Shown here one piece after another: positions 52,601 to 64,000 of a stretch of 64,000 nt of DNA. Position 1 is the stretch's first letter; every line of letters starts with the position of its first letter. Position numbers and translations under genes: made by a program. Under the pieces are notes generated by a model. It had not been told where the DNA came from. It searched no databases and saw nothing but the letters and a program-made list of their open reading frames with translations. Source of the DNA: Macrostomum lignano (taxonomy: Eukaryota); the NCBI GenBank assembly GCA_002269645.1, contig NIVC01000432.1:310001-374000 (forward strand), read 5' to 3'.

Positions 52601-55600
52601 CACCTGTGACCCTGCTCATTGGACCCTTCTCACCTGTGACCCTGCTCATTGGACCCTTCTCACTTGTGACCCTGCTCATTAGACCCTTCTCACCTGTGAC
52701 CCTGCTCATTAGACCCTTCTCACCTGTGACCCTGCTCATTGGACCCTTCTCACCTGTGACCCTGCTCATTAGACCCTTCTCACCTGTGACCCTGCTCATT
52801 GGACCCTTCTCACCTGTGACCCTGCTCATTAGACCCTTCTCACCTGTGACCCTGCTCATTAGACCCTTCTCACCTGTGACCCTGCTTATTGGACCCTTCT
52901 CACTTGTGACCCTGCTCATTGAACCCTTCTCACCTGTGACCCTGCTCATTGGACCCTTCTCACCTGTGACCCTGCTCATTAGACCCTTCTCACCTGTGAC
53001 CCTGCTTATTGGACCCTTCTCACTTGTGACCCTGCTTATTGGACCCTTCTCACTTGTGACCCTGCTCATTAGACCCTTCTCACCTGTGACCCTGCTCATT
53101 GAACCCTTTTCACCTGTGACCCTGCTCATTAGACCCTTCTCACCTAGCTGTGACCCTGCTCATTGAACCCTTCTCACCTGTGACCCTGCTCATTAGACCC
53201 TTCTCACCTAGCTGTGACCCTGCTCATTGAACCATTCTCACCTGTGACCCTGCTCATTAGACCCTTCTCACCTGTGACCCTGCTCATTGGATCCTCATTA
53301 TTTGCAACCCTATCCAATTTTCTCACCCAGGTCACGTGAAGAAGGTGAACTGTGTCCAGGTGTTGGCCAGAGAGTCTGGAAGCAGTGGCGACTTCAAATT
53401 CCTGCGCTGGTGCTTCAACGCCAGCTACGGGTTGCCCAGCTCCACCCTGAAGTACCTGGAGAAGTACAAACTGTTCTACGACTCCAAGTACGAGAAGGCG
53501 ATGTCCAGAGCGCTGGACAAGAAAACTTTCATGGCCTATCCCTGCGACCTGCAGTACCGACCGTCAGCCAACGCTGAGCTAAGCCATCCAACCGATGGCA
53601 CTTGCTGCTTCTCGCGGTAATTTTTCCAGTTTTCTTTAGTATAGTTTGCGTGTTCTTATATTTCTACTTGATACGAGTAGCTAAACGAAGCTGTTAAAAG
53701 CAAAAAGCAAAAAATCGGTAAATTTTCAAAAGTGGACAAAGTTAATTTTCGATACATATCGGTCAACACTACCGCAGCTGCCCCGTGTGCCAGTCGGTGG
53801 AGTCCAGCAAGCACCGTCGGCAGAGCGAAGGCGAGTCCGATTCGGTGCAAGAATTCGACCCGTTGAATTCGTCCAATAATAGCGACAGCTTGATTGGTGA
53901 GCAGCTTTAGAATCCAACGCTGTTTGTCGATAAAAAAATAGTTGTCAAGTCGAGAAATTCTCGGCTTTAGCAGCAACAAGCATAACAAAGACATTTCTCT
54001 CAAGTGGTAAAACTTCAACATGTGCCTGGCTGTGCTTGGATCTCAGTCTGCAATTGTATTATTTGTTGCTAGTTCAGTGGTTACTTATAGATGATTTAGA
54101 AGTCATTTCCTTGCATGCATATACTACTATAAGCAGTTGTTAATGATTTTCGCTTGGGTTTTTCTGGTGGTGAAAAATGAATTGTTTCACCCCGATATTT
54201 AGAGCTGGTTGGCAGGGACGCCTGGCTCAATCTGAAAGGTGACTATAGCTGGGTGGGAGTCTACTCTCTGGCCGGCATGTCGGAAAACTGTCCCCAGGGA
54301 CTGTCTCGGTTCGCCCATCGAAACGACGGCTGCATGGACCTCGTGCTGGTGTCCGAGGCGCGAAAAAAGGAGGTGGCAAGATTTGTCAAGTCGTTAGGCG
54401 GCTCCTCCGCCAAGAGTCACCATGTGAGCTAGCGATTTCTGGCTGCCAGTGGGAATTTTTTTAATCTGGGTGTACTTGTGCTTTGGGACAGGGTGGGCAT
54501 AGGAATGGGAGCTGTGCTTTGGGGCAGGGAGTAAGGTGGGCAGAGGAATGGGGGGCTGTGCCTTGGTGCAGGGAGTGAGGTGGGCGCAAGAATGGGGGCT
54601 GTTCTTTAGGGCAGGAGTGAGATGAGTGCAGGAATATGGGCTGTGCCTTGAGGCAGGGAGTGAGGTGGGTTCAGGAATGGGGGCTGTGCTTTGGGGCAGG
54701 AAGTAAGGTGGACAGAGGAATGGGGGCTGTACACATTGGGGCAGGGAGTGAGGTGGGTGCAGGGAATGGGGCTGTGCCTTGGTGCAGGGAGTGAGGTGGG
54801 CGCAAGAATGGGGGCTGTTCTTTAGGGCAGGAGTGAGGTGAGTGCAGGAATATGGGCTGTACCTTGGGGCAGGGAGTGAGGTGGGTTCAGGAATGGGGGG
54901 CTGTGCTTTGGGGCAGGGAGTGAGGTGGGTTCAGGAATGGGGGGCTATGCTTTGGGGCAGGGAGTGAGGTGGGTTCAGGAATGGGGGGCTATGCTTTGGG
55001 GCAGGGAGAGGCGGGCGCAGGAACGAGAATTATTCGCTAAGGGAGGTTTCTTGCATCGCCGAAACAAACTGAATGAATCTCTTTCACTTCTGAATTTCGA
55101 ACCCACCCCAGCTGGAGCTTCCATTCGTGGAGTCGATCCGGTGCACAGCGATCCGATTTCAGCCTCGCTCGCGCACCTGGAACGCGCCTGAGCAGTGCGA
55201 CGAACTCGAACTAGACGCTAAAAGCAATTTGCAACGACTGCGCTCGGCTGGGCAGGACTCTAATAGTTCCGAAATGGTTATCGATCTGCTCAATGTGAGT
55301 TGCCAGGACCATTTCCCTGTATCACATACAGATATCCATTTTAAAAAAATAATAAATGAAGCGCATGTAGCTACTTAAGTAGTTTTGTTTGCTTATAAAA
55401 TTTATTACCGAATCGATTTATGATTCGGATGGCCGTTGATTCCGCCGATGAAATTGCATACTCGCTCTTATTTTGTTAGCGAAAATTTGTTTGACAAAAA
55501 ATGGTACATGATAAAAAATACTAAACAGGTCAGAGTATAAACCATAAATGAGCCTATGACAATGACACGAGTTTGTGACAAATTATAACGTGACAGGCGG

Positions 55601-58600
55601 ACTTTTTTAAACACTCTAGTAACCAGTCAAATGAATCACAATCAGAGAAACCAAAACCAATATGGCGTGCGAATTTGTAGCTGAACCAGGTAAGCTGGAT
55701 TAATGGATTAATCCAATTAGAAAGGTGCTATAAATTTAGCTCTAAAAATTAAATTAAGTATTTAGGGGGGACAAGCCTAACCACGGCAATCGGAATCAGC
55801 CTGTAGAATCCAAGGAATGAGGAGGAAAATTAACATAAATGCCAAGCAGGCTACGATATGTACAGGACTCAATTGAAACACCTTGTGTGGAGGCTCCTCT
55901 CCTTATTAGATGGTCAAATTGATACACGCACGGGTTACTAGAAAGTTACAGTGCTAACTAGCAAATTGAAGCTATTCTTAGCTGTAAAAGCAGCACAATG
56001 TTAGCTTAAAAATATATAAAATAAGCTAAATAGCTTAATTAATTGCTAAAAACGCATTGGGGAGGGGGCGATCCGCCAACATCAAGTTAGTTTCGTTCGG
56101 TAAATCGAAGAGGCAACACTGTTAAACAAACAAGGTTTCAATACTGTTAAAGCATGTTATGCTAACCTTTTAGATATTTAAAGGGTATTTTACCGGTGTT
56201 TAATAGATTTTTGTTTTACAAAAACTCTTCTTTAACCCGAATTTGAAATCGATTTAATTTACCAAAAAAGTTTCGGATTGCCGCGTTGGGTCGTCTAAGT
56301 GTGCCGAGAGTAAATGAGTCCAAATACCTCCATTCTTGGTACTTTGTGTTTGTGGGGCCTACGCCTCAGCCGGGTATCTCCGCTGCTGCAGTGGCTGCCG
56401 CTGCTGTACGCCAGCAGTAGCTTCGGTCTTTGTCAGCGTGGAGGCCAGGATAGACCTGGGCTGCCTCCGGCTTCTCCCGGTGAACTTTGCCAGCCTCCGT
56501 TCGGCCAGCCGCTGCTCATAAGCGGTCGGATCGAAGCCCTGCAGCAGCAGTGTGGTCAGGTCCATCCGGCTGGCGTCGACCTCGGCTTCGGGCTCCGTCG
56601 ACTCTGGGTCTGGCGAGGATGACCCGCTCTTGCGGTCGACCTGACCGCCGCAGTCCAACGACCGGCTGCTTGGCGGCGCCATCGTGGTGCCCGCGCCGGT
56701 CGGAGCAATGCTCAGGAAATGCTGCCGCAGGAGCCGTCGGTTTGAATTGGCAGCCGCTGGAGACTGCGGCGGCTGCTGTTGCTGCTGCTGCTGAGGTTGC
56801 TTTTGCGGTTGCTGCTGCTGCTGAGGTTGCTTTTGCGGTTGCTGCTGCTGTTGTTGCTGCTGCTGCCAGACACTGGAAGACAGCTCCGAATAGCAAGAGC
56901 TCCTAGCAGACGAAGATGTTCAGTTACTGCCGAACCCTTAGCTGAGCAGGTCTTCGGCGCGCTAGATAACGAACTGCGACGTCGCCAAAGACCTTGACTG
57001 CGACAGCTCATCCTGGCCGCGTCCTCTAGCCGGCCGAGAAAATTGTTACCGTCCAACTGGTGCACTCGACACCTTTGCCGATGCTAACCGACTCAACCTG
57101 CTCAGGTTGCTCGTCGTCGTTGTATATGCCGTTCGGTGATTTGGCTGGTTTGCAGCCAGTTGCGCCCATGAGTGACGGCCTAGCTGAGTTAAATTTGGCT
57201 CAATGCGACTCTAGTTGAACTTTATTAAACAGTATTTTTCAACGAAATAATCCGGCTTAGGGCAGCTGGTTGCGGTTTGGACAGTACGGCTGTGAACAGA
57301 GTAGGTTCTGCCTTGGCTTGGCGGTCTTTAACTTTGGACTGGGCCTTAATGTTGCGGCTTTAAACAGATTTGATTCAGTGCGGGCCACGTGATTCTCCGC
57401 CGGCCGGTTATAAAGCCACAGGGGAGGGGGAGGGGGTGGGTGCTGTTCAAGGTCACGGCGAACCAGGAGGGGGTGGGCTGATAGTTAAATGCTTATAGAT
57501 CCTGCCGCGACACCCACCCCACTCCGTAATTTTCACTGCTCTGGTGTAATAATACTCGTTAGCTTAAAAATCGTAAAACTCAGGTCTTGTGGTACACGCT
57601 TGCATATAAATAAATTAAAAATAAGAATTTAGCAAACTTTCTTAGTGCTAATCATTCAGAATTTGTGCGCTCAAATCAAACCATGCGGTCAAAGCGTGAA
57701 TGCGTGCTCTTGACTTATCTGAAATTTTCCATTTTTCTCTCTCTCTCCTCCGGGGCCAAGTGGCCATCTGGTGCGATAAAGCTATGACCTGCTTCTACTA
57801 CTCACTGTGTACAACATTTGTATTGGTACACCCTATAACTTAACCTTATCTTTCAACAAGTTACTCCTGTGCTGCCTCTTCACGATTAGTCGAAAGTCGC
57901 TTTAATCAGAAATTCAACTGATTGAACCTGACAGACTTGGACTTTGAAGTTGAATCTGAATTCGTTACAAAGTTCTGTAATCTGTATCTCTGTGCAACCC
58001 CGACAATCTTGTGAATAGAAATCGCTAATCAAAGGGTCATTTTCTCACTCTTCATTTGTCGTCAATTGTCGGGTGTACTTAGAGTCTTGTCTCGTGTCCA
58101 GCTCTCCAGTATGCGGGTTTCGTCAGCAAAAATTGAACTTAAAAGGCGCAAAGTATTCTCTAGCTGTATTGATAATAAAAGCATACACATTGACTTAGTA
58201 TGTCTCGCCGAAACAGAAAGGAAAGGAAATTTACTTTGATTGTCCATTAGTATTGTAAATTTGAGAAATAGTGTGAAATTTTTGTGTAAAATTCGGTGTA
58301 AAGTTTGGTGTAAAACGGTGTAAAATTTTCATTTTCAGTGAGCTGTAGTTAACGATTTTTCACGCTGCTAGAGAAGCAATTTTATGTTTCTAAGTTTGCA
58401 CAAGTATTAGGAAGTCAAAATCCCGGAACTTTCCAGAAATCCCCGGCAGGGCAGCGAGGAGGGGCAGGGAGTGAGGAGGGGCAGGGAGTGAGGAGGGGCA
58501 GGGAGTGAGGAGAGGAAGGGAGTGAGGAGGGTCAGGGAGTGAGGAGGGGCAGGGAGCGAGGAGGGGCAGGGAGTGAGGAGGGTCAGGGAGTGAGGAGGGG

Positions 58601-61077
58601 CAGGGAGTGAGGAGGGTCAGGGAGTGAGCAGGGTCAGGGAGTGAGGAGGGGCAGTCAGCGAGGAGGGGCAGGGAGTGAGGAGGGGCAGTCAGCGAGGAGG
58701 GGCAGGGAGTGAGGAGGGGCAGGGAGTGAGGAGGGGCAGGGAGTGAGGAGGGGCAGGGAGTGAGGAGGGTCAGGGAGTGAGGAAAGGCAGGGAGTGAGGA
58801 GAGTCAGGGAGTGAGGTAGGGTTAAGCAAAGCGTTGATCAGTCGATGCCACACCGGTCTCAATTCCAGGACGACTCCGACTCCAGCGACGACGCACTCGG
58901 TGATTCTCCATCGCCTGCCGGTGCCATGGCCACCTCGGCGACGAACGGGCGTCGGCGCTCCTCCGTGCTGACTGGCGCTGGTCGGCGACAATCTCTCGCA
59001 AACATTCTCTGCGACAGCTCCGACGAGGATGAAGAGGAGGCCGCTGACGCTGGAGCAGTGAGTCAGCTCAAGGATGTCTGCGGGGTTTGCTGAGTTGAAC
59101 AGACAATTTTTCAGGAAACGTAATACACGGCATGGAATAACCACAGGAGTTAGTTGTATTCTAGAAGCCATTTGAGCCAGTCATTCACAACCCAAAGCCA
59201 AAAGATCGTTAATTGATAAGATCAGCATATCTCTGGGCCGCCACCGGCCTTTATACATGTACGAGTATTATACATGAATTCTTAAGTTGTTCAACTGCGC
59301 GGCGTGCGTCAAAATTTTTATTTTGAAATTGAATACAGTTTTATTACGTACTGCCTTCTATATAGAAACTCGACCTCATGGCTAGCGTTCCTGTCGGCGC
59401 TTTTGATCTCGCCGCCTTAACAACTATAGCTCGTGTTATTGCCTCGGTCGAGTAGAAATGAAATTTAATTTTTCCCCGAGGCTGAATAATGCAGAGGCAA
59501 AATGAATACAATAATTTGTTATGTCTGTACAAAGTACAAAATTATGTCTGTTTTCTGTTTTTTGCTGATTTGACCAAAACGTGGTTTTTAGTCGAATGTT
59601 TTGACGCCGAAATATCGTCAATTTTAACAATTTTCTGATTGTCTTCCTACACAATTTATCTTCACCAAACTTTGAATCCAGATTTCACTGACTCTAACAA
59701 TTCCTACCCCCACTTTGCTACCCCTCCTAATTCCGACCCCCACTTTGCTACCCCTCCTAATTCCTACCCCCACTTTGCTACCCCTCCTAATTCCGACCCC
59801 CACTTTGCTACCCCTCCTAATTCCTACCCCCACTTTGCTACCCCTCCTAATTCCTACCCCCACTTTGCTACCCCTCCTAATTCCTACCCCCACTTTGCTA
59901 CCCCTCCTAATTCCTACCCCCACTTTGCTACCCCTCCTAATTCCTACCCCCACTTTGCTACCCCTCCTAATTCCTACCCCACTTTGCTACCCCTCCTAAT
60001 TCCGACCCCCACTTTCCTTCCCTCTTATTCCATCTAACTCCCCGAAGGAGGGTCGAAAAATGGATACCAACCAGCCAATCATCTATTCTCCAACACCCCC
60101 TTCATCCAGGCTAACGGTGCTAGCCAATCAGAAGCGAGCAGCCGGGCAGCAGCAACAGCAGCCGACGGCGACGAGAAAAAGCCGGGCAGCGCAAAAGGCG
60201 CCGACACTGACGAACCCGCTAAGAAGCCGAAAAAGAAGAAGAAATCACGGCTGGCGAAGCTGCTGCACACGACCCCCGGCCCGAGCTGCGCCGATCCCAG
60301 CTACGTGGCGCCGACGCGCCTGCCGTCAGAAATTGAGCAGCAACGTCGCATTCGCAAACAAATGGAAAAGATGAACAGGCGAGCGATGAAGGAGGATGCA
60401 AAATTGCGTTCGAAATGGAATTTGGACTTCTCGCTTATCGACGAGTTGGAGCTGGAATTTCAGTGAGTGCAGTTGGGGTGGTGGGGTGGTGGGGTGGGTG
60501 GTGGAGTGAGGAGGGGCAGGGAGTGAGGAGGGGCAGGGAGTGAGGAGGGGCAGGGAGTGAGGAGGGCAGGGAGTGAGGAGGGCAGGGAGTGAGAAGGGGC
60601 AGGGAGTGAGGAGGGCAGGGAGTGAGGAGGGGCATCGAGTGAGGAGGGCAGGGAGTAAGGAGGGGCAGGGAGTGATGAGGGCAGGGAGTGAGGAGGGGCA
60701 TCGAGTGAGGAGGGCAGGGAGTGATGAGGGCAGGGAGTAAGGAGGGGCAGGGAGTGATGAGGGCAGGGAGTGAGGAGGGGCAGGAAATCTTTTGCCGAGT
60801 AACGGAATGATATCCCGTTCGACTCTAGTGTTGAAGTCCCTGAGTTTGATTCCGCGTGGTGCCATATTTAATTAATTTGGAGTTTGTGCAAAGGCCTGGG
60901 GCTTTGAGTGTCAAAATGCAACTACTGGAAGAACAATCGTTGAGGTCTTAAGTACATGCCTCCACCTGCAGCTGCTACGCCAACATGCTGGAGATATTTT
61001 GCGAAGGCATTTTCTCCGACACGGCTCCAAGAGGCGTCAGCGCCAGCTCGAAAACAAGCGAACGGTCAGCAGACTAA
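49689..61077 (+). CDS. CERKL: Ceramide kinase / CERKL-like protein (DAGK-family catalytic fold), about 852 aa. Exons 49689-50103, 50879-51264, 51353-51653, 53331-53616, 53778-53896, 54203-54423, 55112-55294, 58869-59057, 60110-60462, 60972-61077
   Basis: PH-like N-terminal region; IIGGDGT; ALLRRAQ; IVPAG; CxxxCxxC motif (CFSR|CPVC) across exons 4/5; CPQGLSRFAHRNDGCMDLVLV; LPFVESIR; C-terminal WNLDFSLIDELELEFHCYANMLEIFCEGI in register with CERK WNCDGEVLHSPAIEVRVHCQLVRLFARGI (recalled sequence). Phases 1,0,1,2,1,0,0,0,2 all match; total 2559 nt = 853 codons. CERK versus CERKL assignment is tentative. Confidence 0.82.
50195..50795. repeat. About 34-bp purine-rich minisatellite GATAGAAGGTTCAGTGAAGGTCACGAGAGG (kinase-like intron 1)
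   Basis: About 17 copies. Confidence 0.94.
51662..53290. repeat. 30-bp minisatellite CCTTCTCACCTGTGACCCTGCTCATTGGAC filling kinase-like intron 3
   Basis: About 54 highly homogeneous copies; source of the 477-486 aa spurious ORFs. Confidence 0.98.
54480..55015. repeat. G-rich minisatellite containing GGGGCAGGGAGTGAGG (kinase-like intron 6)
   Basis: About 11 degenerate copies of about 47 bp. Confidence 0.9.
56359..57169 (-). CDS. Putative nested antisense gene in kinase-like intron 7: Q-rich protein; tentative exons 57169-57050 and about 56902-56359
   Basis: Minus-strand frame open from about 56918 to the stop at 56359, with poly-Q and non-repetitive sequence (RMDLTTLLLQGFDPTAYEQRLAERRLAKF). 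Upstream ATG exon MGATGCKPAKSPNG...CTSWT ends in ACG|GTAACA. The exon join is not phase-resolved. Confidence 0.5.
58442..58815. repeat. 17-bp minisatellite GAGTGAGGAGGGGCAGG (kinase-like intron 7)
   Basis: About 22 copies. Confidence 0.95.
59695..60015. repeat. 30-bp minisatellite TTCCTACCCCCACTTTGCTACCCCTCCTAA (kinase-like intron 8)
   Basis: About 10.5 copies. Confidence 0.96.
60505..60785. repeat. 16/17-bp minisatellite GAGTGAGGAGGG(G)CAGG (kinase-like intron 9)
   Basis: About 17 copies; same unit as 58442-58815. Confidence 0.95.
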
Positions 61078-62095
61078 ACAGCATCAGGACAAGGTGATGG
61101 TTTAACAAGAACAGCTTTCACATGCATGACTTTCAGGCCCTCAAAATTTCAGCTTTTGCCTTAACAATTTTTTGTTTGAATTCCTTTTTTCCTTCCTCAT
61201 CCACAGCTGTTGCTTTTTTCCACTGTTTACTAAAGCTACAAAAGTAGTTTGAAAATTCAACTGCAAGATTTTAACTGCTGCTGCATGGTTTTTTTAAAAT
61301 TTGTTTGCGGGCTGCACAAGTTCATTTTGGTAGTGAGAATGTTCTTAAAACTTTTGAATGGGTGAACCCATCGTTAGACTTATTTTTACAAAACCCTGGG
61401 TCCCGGATATATTTTGCAAATATGGACCTGTATGATTACGAGCAATCTTGCATTAGAGTCCAGACCTCGCGATTAAAAATTTAAACTTTTTCGTCTATGG
61501 TCTATGGCTTCTGAGACTGCTCCTCCTTCTGCTATGGGAAAAGTTCCCATTACATATGCAGGAAAGACAGGACTAAAAAAGTGCTTTTAAGCGAGGCTAA
61601 GGAACCATCAAAAAGTTATATTGATTTTTGAAACACCCCATTGGAGGTATACCTACGCGTATATATTGGCATTATTTTGTTTCTTTGACAAAAATATTAA
61701 TTTCTAGATTGGCTAAACCAGAAATACGCCTTATCTTCCACAGAAATTCAAAAAGGAAAACAAGTTCCCCACATTGTCAGACAAATTTTGTTCCCATTTA
61801 CCTTTTTTATACAACCCGTAGCCTTTTCATAACATACAATGTATATTGTTTATTTATCAAAATTTAATCCATTCCCAGGTAAAATAACATGTCTTAGCCA
61901 AGCAAATTGATGTACGTCTCTATGATTTACAATAATGCGGATGCTTATTAATCCAGTGTGTAATTTTAACAGGTGTGGTTTTGGTTTAAGATGTAGATAT
62001 ACTAGCAATGTAGGTTAAAACTAGATAAATGTGATGTATCAATGTAATTACAAAGCATAACTAATTTTATTTAAGAATTTGAGAATTCATTTAAA

Positions 62096-62680
62096 AACGC
62101 TGTCAATCGTATTCAACCAATGGATAAATAATCAGCGGTCCCAGTGCGTGACAACGATTGTCTGGCGAGCGCCGGTAGGCGTGAACCATAGACAAATCGT
62201 TGTCACGTGCTGCGACCGCTGATTCTTTGCAATTGCATTGTTCTGCTGCTTGACGATCCTATTGTTCTGCTAGACAATGAGCTTCCTGGTTGAGCACACA
62301 TGAGGTCTAACCATAGATCTTATATTCCCTAGATAGTCCACTTTGTATCGTGACAATAGGGAAAGTGCGACCGCTGTTTTTCGTCACTTGTGTGAAAAAA
62401 CCCGACATGGGTTGCTTATAAATTTGAGTTCAGTAGCTTAGGGACATAGACGCTATTTTTTTGAGAACTTAATAGAAATTCTCATGAATTATATAAAAAG
62501 CTACTCAATCAAACTAAGAATGATGCATGAACTGCAGAGACTACTGACGAAATTGAGTTCAGTAGTTGATTTTGACAGTCTGACAGTTTAGTTAGTAGCC
62601 ACAGTTGCAGACTTCTTCCCATACACGGTTTTGGTCATAGACAATCGGTGAAGCATGGGTTGAATACGGTTGGCCGTGTC
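62096..62680. mobile_element. Putative TIR element with an internal hairpin
   Basis: Left AACGCTGTCAATCGTATTCAACCAATG versus reverse complement of the right end GACACGGCCAACCGTATTCAACCCATG; flanks TAAA / TTAA; hairpin of about 34 bp stem at 62130-62224. Confidence 0.5.
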
Positions 62681-63463
62681 TTAAACTGAATGCTGGACTT
62701 CTTAAAAATTCTTGAACAATGCTGCCTTCATATTTTCACACAGCTAAGTTGGTTCAGCTGATTATACCAAAAACTGTTTAACTTGCTTCATATAAATAAA
62801 TAATTCTAAATTGCGCTTTATTTAATGCCAGTTATATTTCATAATAAATAAACAAGCATATATTGATCTTATTTTTTGGGTTAGATATTTGAAGCGACAT
62901 CCCACTGGTGTATTCTTTAGCTAATTTTCCTTACATAAAATACAATGATATTTGGAAGTTAAATAATTTCTGCAAATATAAATAGCAATAGCACACTGAA
63001 TTCAACAGCTGAAGATAAACCTGATGTACTTTCAGGCGGACGGAGCAGATAAAAGTACAGGGGAAAAGTGCCAAAAAGCGCAAAGTTTCTGTCGGTCTAC
63101 GTTTAAAAACTGTAAAAGTACATGCGTATACAGCCTGCAGGTGTGGAGCTTAATAAGAGAAAAGGTGCAGGCAGAGCAAAAAAGGTCATGAACAGCTCAG
63201 TTCAGCATGTGGAAAAACAGTCGGTACAGAGCATCATAACTCAGTGTAAAAAATTTGGCGATCAATTGAAAAAAATATTTCGATTTTTTTTCCTCAAAAG
63301 GGTCTGTAAAAGTTACTGCAACGCACTACTGGAAGTAGCAACCAAACCTACCAGTCTGGAGCTGTAGATTTCATTTAGAAAAGCTTAACGCTTTTTAGGG
63401 GCTTTTTAAAGAGACAAAAATATGAAAAAGTTACACCGCAACTCCGGGATTTTAATCATTAAG

Positions 63464-64000
63464 CGAGTCATCAAATCCCACTGGGAGTCATCAAATCCCA
63501 CTGTGAGTCATCAAATCCCACTGTGAGTCATCAAATCCCACTGTGAGTCATCAAATCCCTCAGCGAGTCATCAAATCCCACTGTGAGTCATCAAATCCCA
63601 CTGTGAGTCATCAAATCCCACTGTGAGTCATCAAATCCCACTGCGAGTCATCAAATCCCTCAGCGAGTCATCAAATCCCACTGTGAGTCATCAAATCACA
63701 CTGTGAGTCATTAAATCCCCCAGCGAATCATCAAATCCCACAGTAAGTCATCCAATCCCTCAGCGAGTCATCAAATCCCACTGTGAGTCATCAAATCCCA
63801 CTGAGTCATCAAATCCCACTGTGAGTCATCAAATCCCTCAGCGAGTCATCAAATCCCACTGTGAGTCATCAAATCCCTCAGCGAGTCATCAAATCCCTCA
63901 GCGAGTCATCAAATCCCACTGTGAGTCATCAAATCCCACTGTGAGTCATCAAATCCCACTGTGAGTCATCAAATCCCACTGCGAGTCATCAAATCCCTCA
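63464..64000. repeat. 20-bp minisatellite GAGTCATCAAATCCCACTGT (runs off the window end)
   Basis: About 27 copies. Confidence 0.96.

Noticed and set aside
55480-55494. Short terminal exon RKFV-stop for the kinase-like gene after TTTTGTTAG
   Set aside because: It would remove the conserved C-terminal strand found at 60415-61015; possible only as a minor truncated isoform.
60326-60865. Minus-strand ORF MAPRGIKLRDFNTRVERDIIPLLGKRF
   Set aside because: Only about 28 unique codons before entering the repeat, no GT donor, and it overlaps a well-supported plus-strand exon.

Overview
Eukaryotic (metazoan) genomic DNA: GC-rich exons full of poly-Q/A/G/P runs, AT-rich intergenic DNA, and GT-AG introns packed with mini- and microsatellites. 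By my hand estimate about 24-25 kb of the 64 kb is tandem repeat. The style suggests the flatworm Macrostomum, but that is inference and not verified. I assembled four spliced plus-strand genes by hand, each with consistent splice phases and a length divisible by 3: a glass-family C2H2 zinc-finger factor (2789-7254), a stand-alone peptide-amidating lyase PAL (12241-15994), par-3/bazooka (19716-44477, apparently lacking PDZ1), and a ceramide-kinase-like gene (49689-61077) with degenerate nucleotide-binding motifs. Also present are an intronless four-TM ORF with PPxY motifs, two minus-strand orphan coding regions (one nested in an intron of the kinase-like gene), and several TIR elements, one with a clean 8-bp target-site duplication. 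The most striking pattern is that every intron over about 400 nt contains a tandem array, usually with its own private unit. Several arrays begin at, and are copies of, a splice donor, acceptor region or stop codon, so they create dozens of decoy splice sites. Three others carry antisense 5' splice-site (U1-like) sequence. Most long ORFs in the supplied track are artefacts of these arrays.
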